A DNA stretch of 61,767 bases, counting the filler, from Chthonomonadaceae bacterium (lineage in GTDB: Bacteria; Armatimonadota; Chthonomonadetes; Chthonomonadales; Chthonomonadaceae), in assembly GCA_035650735.1 (NCBI GenBank). It is 5 parts of 5 records of this genome, joined end to end, with 100 filler letters (N's around TTAATTAATTAA, not from the genome) between each part and the next. Parts side by side here need not be neighbours in the genome. Positions count along the whole stretch, not along the records: positions 20,317 to 42,062 come from DASRGZ010000088.1; positions 42,163 to 54,199 come from DASRGZ010000089.1; 3 more parts are not named here. One strand, 5' to 3'. Made by a program: the position numbers and the translations under genes. The notes under the pieces were generated by a model that worked only from the letters and a program-made list of their open reading frames with translations, made no database searches and was not told the origin of the DNA. Shown here one piece after another: positions 40,716 to 50,193 of this stretch. How positions within the stretch are numbered: the stretch's first letter is position 1; every line of letters starts with the position of its first letter.

Positions 40716-42062
40716 TTCTACAGTAGTATTTAAGTGACGGTCGTCAGTCTTCGTTTGTAGTGGTAGTATCTGGCGACCTCCTGATGCGTTCGCCTCCACT
40801 GGGACCAGAGAAGCCAGTGACGAAAGGAGACAAACGGCTGCCAGATCAATCGGCAGAGCAGACGACGCACTTCCGGCACACTCAAGGGCACACCACTCCC
40901 CGCTGGCTTTTGAAGTGCCTGAGCGAATTGCCGGGTTGGGAGCGCCCCCCTTTGAGCGGGCTGTCTTCTCCCTGCATCCGGGTGACGGCCAGATAGGCAT
41001 GGGCCAGCCTCGCCAACGTGATGTGCCGATACCAACCGTGCCAGGAACGCACTTCATACTCTCCAAGCCCACTTCGCCCTTGGCTTCTTGTAGACAGCAT
41101 TCGATGCTCCAGCGGGTTCGGGCCACCCGAACCAGGGTGGAGAGCGGCGTCTCAGACGGGGCATAGGTGATATAAGCGGTCTTCTCCCCAGGATCGGCGA
41201 GGCTGCGACGAACCAGCATACCGCGCTCCCATCCTTCGGGGGAGAGGCTGTTGACCCGCACATACGCCCAGTCGTACAGACGCGGCCCTTTGGCTCCCTC
41301 GCCCGCCGAGAGCCGATGCCAGGCCTGCTCGGGCACTTGGGAAAGGAGCGTCTTGACCCGGTATTGTTGAAACCCGATCCAGACACTCTCCTGCCCGCAG
41401 ACAGCCATGACATAGGATTTGCCTTGCTCTTCCAACCAGGAGCGCAGGGAGCGATCATTGCCGTAGACGGCATCGCCGGTGACCCAACCGCAGGGCACGT
41501 TGGCCCCCAGAGCGCGCGCCAGCATGGCTCTGGCGATCTTGGGCTTGGTGGCAAAAGGCAGGTCCTCGGGCACTTCAGCGGCCCGACACCGGTCCGGAGC
41601 GTTGGTCCAGTCTTGGGGCAGGTAGAGATGCCGATCCAGGAAGGCATGTCCCTTCGGGGCCGCATAACCCGGAAAGACGCCGATCTGGCAATTCTCAATG
41701 CGTCCGGCGGTGCCGCTATCCTGGCGGGCCACGCCGCAGGATTTGACGCCTTTCTTGAGAAAACCGGTCTCATCCACGACCAGCACCGCATCGGGATCGC
41801 CCAGATGCTCCAGAACATAAGAACGCAGGTCATCGCGCACCAGGTCCGCGTTCCAGACGGCCCGATCCAGGCAGTGCTGCAAGCCGTAAGGCGTGGCATA
41901 GCCTGCCTGTTCGGCTAGTTGCCAGCCGTTCTTACGCTCGACCGGGCTGAGCAGACCACGCAGATAGGCGGCTAGGCGTTGGCGGGCTTCCAAGCGAGCA
42001 AAGCGCGGAGCCAGACGATGAATTAAGCTGTTAAGTTGATCGGCCCAACGCTGCACGGTAGT
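40716..42062 (-). mobile_element. IS701-family element with frameshifted transposase, cut by contig end
   Basis: VERKNGWQLAE, VVDETGFLKKG, GRIENCQIGV, RWSIE; frame change at EVGL/EYEVRSW; end CTAG|TTCTACAGTAG. Confidence 0.9.
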
Positions 42063-42162
42063 NNNNNNNNNNNNNNNNNNNNNNNNNNNNNNNNNNNNNN
42101 NNNNNNTTAATTAATTAANNNNNNNNNNNNNNNNNNNNNNNNNNNNNNNNNNNNNNNNNNNN
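42063..42162. other. Artificial contig linker
   Basis: N-run, TTAATTAATTAA, N-run. Confidence 0.98.
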
Positions 42163-42564
42163 TTTCGAACGACAACCCGTACTCGGAGGCGCAGTTCCAA
42201 ACGCTTCAGTACCGGCCGCAGTTTCCGGAGCAATTCGGCTGCAAGGAGGATGCCGAGGGCTTCTGCGGCGAGTTCTTCGACTGGTACAACACAGAGCATC
42301 GTCATAGCGGCATCGCCATGCTCACGCCGGAAACCGTTCACTACGGCAAGGCGCAGGAGGCGATCGCCCAGCGGCAGAGCGTGCTCGAAGCCGCTTACGC
42401 CCAAAACCCGCAACGCTTCGTGCGTCACGCGCCCAAGCACCAGCCACTTCCGGAGGCGGTGTGGATCAACCCGCCCGAAACCGGTCGGGCAGTGGCCGAA
42501 CCAGGATCGGCTTTACTACAGTAAAATCTTACGCTCGGCTGTCTCAAACTATTGACACGTTCCG
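42163..42564 (+). mobile_element. IS3-family element, 3' end
   Basis: SNDNPYSEAQF..WYNTEHRHSGIAMLTP..VWINPP, stop at 42524; end GTCTCAAACTATTGACACGTTCCG. Confidence 0.85.
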
Positions 42565-42988
42565 TTATCTACGCGACCTCCGTGACAGACGAAATCTTGG
42601 GGCAGGCTGGCGTGAGTTAGTTGATTGGTATCTAAACCAGGGTAGCGGAAAGCTCCATTATAAACTTAAAGCAGCCGTTCCATCATTTATTAAAGCAGTA
42701 TCGGAACCCTGTATGTTTCAGAGCCAATGTCTACCACCTATTTCATATGTGGGGCATCAAAAGGCACGGATGATACATTTTGCCTTTTTGATGGAAAGTC
42801 AGACAGACACATTATCGGCTGTCAGTCTGCAAGATGATCGTGCTCTAATCGAATTGCCATTGCTGATATGTGACAATGGAAAGTTGAAGATTCCTAATGA
42901 GCAGCATCCCGGTTTTGACCGTGCATGTGTTGAAAGTCTTTCTTTTCTTCCAACTGACATACGTGACGCCATTCTTGCATTAAGCTAA
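42565..42988 (+). pseudogene. C-terminal fragment of an AT-rich gene interrupted by IS3
   Basis: Open frame starts at the IS end with no start of its own and stops 26 bp before the DUF5131 gene. Confidence 0.55.
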
Positions 42989-43014
42989 TCAACTAAGTTC
43001 ATGGAAATAATAGC

Positions 43015-43779
43015 ATGAGCAATAACTCTGCAATTGAGTGGACGGATGCAACGTGGAATCCTGTGACGGGCTGCACGCAGGTCGGGCCGGGATGCGACCA
43101 CTGCTATGCTATGACCTTTGCGGAGCGGTTTCGCGGCGTGACGGGACATCCTTATGAACAAGGCTTTGACCTCAAGCTGTGGCCGGAACGGTTGGAGCTA
43201 CCACTACAGTGGCGTAAACCCCGACGTATCTTTGTCAACTCTATGTCTGATCTATTCCATAAGGACATCCCTGACGACTATATCCGCCGCGTCTTTGATA
43301 CGATGGTCAAGGCTGATTGGCACATCTACCAGGTACTCACCAAGCGCAGTTCTCGCCTTGCCGAACTTGGGCAAACGCTTCCCTGGCGACCGCACATCTG
43401 GGCGGGTGTTAGCATCGAATTAGATCAGATGGTTTCCCGTGCCGACCACCTCCGTAAAGTACCTGCCTACGTCCGATTCATTAGCGCCGAACCGCTTCTT
43501 GGGCCGCTGCCCCGTCTGAACCTTGAAGGTATTCATTGGCTCATCGCTGGCGGGGAGAGCGGGCCACACTACCGCCCGCCGGACCCCGACTGGATTCGCG
43601 ACCTGCGCGACCGCTGCCAGGCTGTCGGTGTTGCCTTCTTCTTCAAGCAATGGGGCGGTCGAACTCCAAAGGCAGGCGGACGGCTCTTAGATGGACGTAC
43701 CTGGGACGAGATGCCTATCACCGTAGAGAAGAGTAGCCCAACAATCCCGTTGCAAGAAGCTCTGTCCTTATTCTCATGA
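43015..43779 (+). CDS. DUF5131 / phage Gp37-Gp68 family protein
   Basis: IEWTDATWNPVTGCT..GCDHCYA, FVNSMSDLFH, GGESG, FFFKQWGG. Confidence 0.93.
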   Translation: MSNNSAIEWTDATWNPVTGCTQVGPGCDHCYAMTFAERFRGVTGHPYEQGFDLKLWPERLELPLQWRKPRRIFVNSMSDLFHKDIPDDYIRRVFDTMVKADWHIYQVLTKRSSRLAELGQTLPWRPHIWAGVSIELDQMVSRADHLRKVPAYVRFISAEPLLGPLPRLNLEGIHWLIAGGESGPHYRPPDPDWIRDLRDRCQAVGVAFFFKQWGGRTPKAGGRLLDGRTWDEMPITVEKSSPTIPLQEALSLFS

Positions 43780-43893
43780 AGCGAGCGGCTGCGTCGTCAC
43801 CAACTACTCTGATGTGGTATAATAATTCGAGCCTGTTAGAAGAGAACAACCACAGAGGGATCCGTCGCGGCGACCGGGCCGCGCTTTTTTCGC

Positions 43894-44514
43894 GTGTCGG
43901 CAGAGGATGCTCTGTTGATGGCTGAGGATGCCACTCGTAGAATTCAAGAGGAGTTGCGGCAGATCGCAGCCATCTTGGAAGAGGTCATCGGGCGGGAATC
44001 CAATTGGAATCGTGAACTCTATCTGATCCCTAACGCAGACTTTCTAGGCAAGAAGCCTTTCGACTGCCGCATTGAGTTGGATGATGCCCTTGTTAATCTA
44101 GATGTGCGTTGGCGTACCCTTATCCATGAGATACTGCACTCTTTCTCTGAGGGATATAACCTGCGAGACTATAACCAGTTTTATGGATGGGAAGAAGGCG
44201 TGGTCGAGAGGTTACAGCGCATAGTACGCCCTCAAATCCTCTTTCGGTTGGGTATAATAGTAGCAGAGGAAACGTTCGCGAGCGTTGAAGCCGGGCATCC
44301 CTTCAACCCCTATATCGAGGCTCTAGAGCGCATTCGGCAGGCGCTAAACGCAGAAGCAGAACAGGCATTCTATTTGCAACTCTTAAAGACCCCGATAAGA
44401 GAGCGACATTCGGCATTGCTGCAAATGGGTATCCGGATGGGTGGAGCAAGAGGCAAGCGCGTTTTAGCTGCTGTATCCGCCGCTCGAAGCGTATTGGAGA
44501 GAAGGGTACGATGA
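43894..44514 (+). CDS. Hypothetical protein with zincin-like HExxH motif
   Basis: LIHEILHSFS..GWEEGVVE; TGGTATAAT upstream. Confidence 0.65.
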   Translation: MSAEDALLMAEDATRRIQEELRQIAAILEEVIGRESNWNRELYLIPNADFLGKKPFDCRIELDDALVNLDVRWRTLIHEILHSFSEGYNLRDYNQFYGWEEGVVERLQRIVRPQILFRLGIIVAEETFASVEAGHPFNPYIEALERIRQALNAEAEQAFYLQLLKTPIRERHSALLQMGIRMGGARGKRVLAAVSAARSVLERRVR

Positions 44515-44780
44515 ACTACTTGAATGATCCGGAAAGAGAGCGTATTCTTTCTCTGGCGCATCATGCGGAAACGCTAGCCGAAGTAGAGCAGGCGACCGTA
44601 GAACTGCACCGATGGGTGAGCCAACACCCGGAAGACCTCGGCATCCGGGATGCTTTTGAGCCGCTTTCGCACCGGAGGGACTTCCTGCAAGCGGAAGCGC
44701 GCCTATCGAAACAGCCCTATCAGACCGAGGATGCGAACACTTCTACCATCGCCCGGCAAGAAACGACGCCTCGTTCATAG
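44511..44780 (+). CDS. Small hypothetical protein coupled to the HExxH gene
   Basis: ATGA start/stop overlap; GGAG upstream. Confidence 0.65.
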   Translation: MNYLNDPERERILSLAHHAETLAEVEQATVELHRWVSQHPEDLGIRDAFEPLSHRRDFLQAEARLSKQPYQTEDANTSTIARQETTPRS

Positions 44781-44897
44781 GTGTTCCAGCGGCGAAAGCC
44801 GTTATCGGCTAAGCGGAAACAGAAGTAATCCTACTGCTAATGTCTCGACGCGGTCAGGGAAGCGGGCCGCGCCTTTTTCGTGTGTTTGAAGGAAAGC

Positions 44898-46736
<1,839 letters not shown>

Positions 46737-46777
46737 GCGGGCAGCAGGGAGTAGGCCACAGGCAATAGGATGAACAA

Positions 46778-46815
46778 CGGGAGCAGGGCAAATTACCCTG
46801 CTCTCGCTCTTCTTT
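46778..46815 (+). terminator. Hairpin/terminator after typA
   Basis: CGGGAGCAGGG..CCCTGCTCTCG followed by CTCTTCTTT. Confidence 0.55.
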
Positions 46816-46939
46816 GGGAAGGAAAAGCCTATCTGGCACGGCTATAAGCATCTGGTTGTGCGTTGCGTACACGGCAAGCCTGCTTTGCGGAGGCGGCACG
46901 AAGCGCCGGGCCTCTTTCCTTTCTGCCCCTCCGCCTATC

Positions 46940-47104
46940 CTAGCGCGCGCGCAAAAGCAGCATGATAGCGCCGGCGATCAGGACCGCCACCAACAAGTAG
47001 CCTACATTGGCAATTTTAGATCTCCAGCCGCAATAGGGACATTGGGTCGAGTAGCGAGGGATCGTGTGCTGGCAGGCAGGACACTTCCGGGTACGGCGCT
47101 TCAT
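46940..47104 (-). CDS. 54-aa zinc-ribbon membrane microprotein (not in ORF track)
   Basis: AGGAG SD; MKRRTRKCPACQHTIPRYSTQCPYCGWRSKIANVGYLLVAVLIAGAIMLLLRAR. Confidence 0.75.
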   Translation of the reverse strand: MKRRTRKCPACQHTIPRYSTQCPYCGWRSKIANVGYLLVAVLIAGAIMLLLRAR

Positions 47105-47374
47105 GGCATGGCTCCTGTTCAGCCGCTCCTGTGGTTGCCGTGTACCCTGCGCCGGGTATCAGGCTCTCCCATTGTCCGGGTCTTCCCTGAAATTCTCCAG
47201 TGGTGCGAAAGAATTCGGGTAGCCCTGCCATCAAAAGTGATTGCCTCTCGAAGGCTCCATCATAAACCACAGTTTCGTCGGATGTTTTTGAATTCGCGCT
47301 GCCGGGAGAGCATTCCTCTTTTCCGGATTGCCGCCAACAACGCCGGGCCTCGTTCGCCCGGCAGGAACGCAGAC

Positions 47375-48967
47375 TCAGAGTATGTCGGCCTGCCTATCGG
47401 GAACGCCATCACGCCACGCTTCCCAATCGCTATAGTTGCCGGGATAGTCCTGGATGCGGCCTCTGTCTACCACCAGCAGCCGCTCGGCAAGACGGTCGAG
47501 CAGGTAGCGGTCGTGCGAGATCACCAGGAGGGTGCCGGAATAGGCGGCGATGGCATCCTCCAGGCGCTCCCGCGTGTCAATGTCGAGATGGTTGGTCGGC
47601 TCATCCAGCACGAGCAGGTTTGCACCGGAGACGACCGCGCCGGCGACCGCCAGCCGCACCCGCTCCCCGGCGGAAAGGTCGCGCACGCGCTTGTACACCT
47701 CCGATTCCCGAAACAGGAAGCAGGCCAGGAGCGTGCGCGCCTCCGTATGGGTGAAGTTGCCCCCTGCCTCCAGGATCTCCAGGGCGGTCTTGTCCGGATC
47801 GAGATGCTCCTGCTCCTGCGTGAGAAATAACGGCTGCACGCCCGCTCCCGTGCGGACTTCCCCCGCGCTGGGCGGCTCCAGGCCCAGCAGCACACGCGCC
47901 AGCGTCGTCTTGCCCGCACCGTTGGGGCCGACGATGCCGATCCGCTCGCCGTAGGTGACGTAGGTATCCAGCCCCGCAAACAGCGTGCGCTCCCCGAAGG
48001 ACTTGGCGACATCCCGCGCCTCAAAAACGATCTGGCCGCTGCGGCGCTCCACCAGGAACTTAGCCGAGAGATGGGCCATGTCGCGCAGTTTCTCTACCTC
48101 GCCCCGGCGTCCCGGCTTCTCCTCCATGCCGGGCGGGTTGACGATCTGCTCGATCTTGCGCTCGGCGGCGCGCGCCCGCTTGGCCATCTTCTCGGAGATG
48201 CGCCCCCGGAAGTCGCGTCCCCGCTTCGGGCCGCTCTGCGTGGCGGCAGCCCAGTTCAATTGCCGGTTGACAAACTCCCGCAGGGCGCGTATCTGCCGCT
48301 GCTGAAGAATGTAATCCTCCTGCTGCTGCTCCAACGCGCGCCGCTTGGCCTCCGCATAGGCGGTATAGTTGCCCGTGTACTCGATCAAGCGGCCCTCGTC
48401 GAGTTCGAGGATGCGCGTTACCGTCCGATCCAGGAACCGCCGGTCGTGCGAGACGACCAGGAACGCGCCCCGATAGGCGCGCAGATAGGTCTCCAGCCAA
48501 TCCAGCATGGAAATATCCAGGTGATTCGTCGGCTCATCCAGCAGCAACAGATCATGCTCACCGACCAGCAACCGCGCCAGCATCAGGCGCGTCTTCTCGC
48601 CGCCGGAAAGCGTCCCGGCCCGCTGCGGCATCTGATTCTCGCGAAAGCCCAGCCCGAAGAGCGCCTTGCGCACCTGCCAGGCCGCCACGCCCGGAGGCAA
48701 GCCCTCCATTGCCGCCTCCATCACGGTCAAATCCGGCGCGAAGTCCGACAATTGCGGCAGGTAGCCGACCGACAGCCCGCGCCGCAGCCCGCCGACGCCG
48801 CCCCGATCCGCCGCCTCGGCCCCGGCCAGGATGCGCAGCAGCGTGCTTTTGCCGCAGCCGTTGCGCCCGGCCAGGCCCACACGCTCTCCGGTTCCAATCG
48901 AAAGCGAAACGCCGTCGAGCAGCGCCCGCGCCCCATAATATTTGCTGATATTGTGTGCATTAAACAT
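47375..48967 (-). CDS. ABC-F ATPase (ribosome-associated, possibly antibiotic-protection type)
   Basis: Two NBDs (GRNGCGKST, GPNGAGKTT), two LDEPTNHLD, long inter-domain linker, no TM. Confidence 0.92.
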   Translation of the reverse strand: MFNAHNISKYYGARALLDGVSLSIGTGERVGLAGRNGCGKSTLLRILAGAEAADRGGVGGLRRGLSVGYLPQLSDFAPDLTVMEAAMEGLPPGVAAWQVRKALFGLGFRENQMPQRAGTLSGGEKTRLMLARLLVGEHDLLLLDEPTNHLDISMLDWLETYLRAYRGAFLVVSHDRRFLDRTVTRILELDEGRLIEYTGNYTAYAEAKRRALEQQQEDYILQQRQIRALREFVNRQLNWAAATQSGPKRGRDFRGRISEKMAKRARAAERKIEQIVNPPGMEEKPGRRGEVEKLRDMAHLSAKFLVERRSGQIVFEARDVAKSFGERTLFAGLDTYVTYGERIGIVGPNGAGKTTLARVLLGLEPPSAGEVRTGAGVQPLFLTQEQEHLDPDKTALEILEAGGNFTHTEARTLLACFLFRESEVYKRVRDLSAGERVRLAVAGAVVSGANLLVLDEPTNHLDIDTRERLEDAIAAYSGTLLVISHDRYLLDRLAERLLVVDRGRIQDYPGNYSDWEAWRDGVPDRQADIL

Positions 48968-48996
48968 AAAGTCGCCTCCCTCGTAGCGGGTGGTGA

Positions 48997-49767
48997 TTAA
49001 GTCTTCACTTTGCGGGCGCGTAAGCCCAGAAAGAGCGGTATCTCCCGGTTGTCCAGGTTCTCGGCGCGCGCTTTGTCAGCCGGGATTTCGCGCAGGCGCT
49101 CCACCAGCAGGCCGCACTCCGCCAGGCTGTTGATGTAGGCTTGCAGCGGGCGGTGAAAGCTGCGCGTGGCCCCGTTTCCGCCCGGATAGGGCTGCATCGG
49201 CACGGAAAACGGGGTCAGATAGCTCTCGATGCGCCGGAACGCCCGCTTGCGCCGCTCGTCCCAGCCCCAACCGCTCTGCCAGGGCACGCGGAAACAGGGA
49301 TGGGTCATCAGCAGGATCAGACGACCGCCGTGTCGGAGCGTCCAGGCGGCGGAAGTCAGCGCCGAAGCCAGCGGGTCCATGTCCTGCAAGCTCAGCAGAA
49401 AGACGGCGGCATCAAAGCGCTGATGTAACTCCGGCAGCTCTGCCAGCCGGTGCGCGTCGGCCAGAAGGAAGCGGCCCTGCTCGCCATGATGTTTGCGGGC
49501 GAACTCCAGCAATCGGCTGCTGGCGTCCAGGCCCGTATAGCGCGCCCGCGCCCGGACAATAAAGGGCGCCAGAACGCCCTGCCCCGCGCCGATGTCGAGA
49601 ATATGCTCGCCGGGGCGCGGCTCCAGCAACTCCAGCACCGCCGGAATCGCCAGCCGGCGATGGTGGTCGCTGCCGCGTTTGCCCACCCAGCCGTTATACC
49701 AGTCTGCCACCGGGTCCCAACTGGTGCGCACTCTTAACGTTCCTGATAGCCTTTTCTGTGGGGTCAT
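48997..49767 (-). CDS. Class I SAM-dependent methyltransferase
   Basis: TSWDPVADWY, ILDIGAGQG, THPCFR, FHRPLQAY. Confidence 0.88.
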   Translation of the reverse strand: MTPQKRLSGTLRVRTSWDPVADWYNGWVGKRGSDHHRRLAIPAVLELLEPRPGEHILDIGAGQGVLAPFIVRARARYTGLDASSRLLEFARKHHGEQGRFLLADAHRLAELPELHQRFDAAVFLLSLQDMDPLASALTSAAWTLRHGGRLILLMTHPCFRVPWQSGWGWDERRKRAFRRIESYLTPFSVPMQPYPGGNGATRSFHRPLQAYINSLAECGLLVERLREIPADKARAENLDNREIPLFLGLRARKVKT

Positions 49768-49849
49768 GCTTGGCCCTCTTATCTTGCATACGCGGCGTGC
49801 AGGCGCGCAAACCCGGAGCGGGCGTCTCTCCGGCGCGCTCGTGCCAACC

Positions 49850-49892
49850 AAAAACAAAACCGCCCTATGCGCCGGAAAAGCGCATAGGGCGG
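49850..49892 (-). terminator. Leader terminator of the methyltransferase-ABC-F operon
   Basis: 13-bp stem CCGCCCTATGCGC/GCGCATAGGGCGG followed by TTTTGTTTTT. Confidence 0.85.
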
Positions 49893-49922
49893 CAGAAAAA
49901 GCGGTGCGAAATCGTAGGCGGG

Positions 49923-49959
49923 GTTTCAATCCTCGCCCGGCCCGAAGACCGAGCGCTAC
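49923..49959 (-). CRISPR. Solitary 37-nt CRISPR-type repeat (no array)
   Basis: GTAGCGCTCGGTCTTCGGGCCGGGCGAGGATTGAAAC: GT start, internal hairpin, ATTGAAAC handle. Confidence 0.6.
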
Positions 49960-50024
49960 ATCCTGCGTCACAGAGGACGGCCCGACAACGAGACGCGAAC
50001 GCAAGCCCCAATCCGAACTCCCGT

Positions 50025-50053
50025 GTTTCAATTCCACGCTGGTTCGATAAAAG
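50025..50053 (-). CRISPR. Solitary 29-30-nt CRISPR-type repeat of a different family (no array)
   Basis: CTTTTATCGAACCAGCGTGGAATTGAAAC, resembling type I-B/III-style repeats. Confidence 0.6.
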
Positions 50054-50089
50054 GGCGGATGGGCGACCCCAGGCGTTCCGGCATCTACG

Positions 50090-50116
50090 TTAGCGAACGA
50101 TCCTCATGCGCATCAC
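50090..50116 (-). CDS. Putative leader peptide (M)MRMRIVR
   Basis: AAAGGGAG SD then GTG ATG CGC ATG AGG ATC GTT CGC TAA. Confidence 0.55.
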   Translation of the reverse strand: MMRMRIVR

Positions 50117-50160
50117 AGGTTTTGCGGCTCCCTTTAAATAGAATGGTGATTTACGGGTGC

Positions 50161-50189
50161 ATTATACCGTAGCGGGCGGCGCGTGTCAA
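50161..50189 (-). promoter_or_regulatory. Consensus sigma70 promoter
   Basis: TTGACA-17 bp-TATAAT. Confidence 0.85.
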
Positions 50190-50193
50190 TAGC

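Noticed and set aside
47016..47270. 84-aa ORF from the track
   Set aside because: No motifs; the overlapping 54-aa frame has an SD, a zinc ribbon and a TM helix
49960..50160. CreA-like targeting of its own promoter (spacer start ACGGG matches 50153-50157)
   Set aside because: Only 6 of the first 7 nt match; consistent with chance
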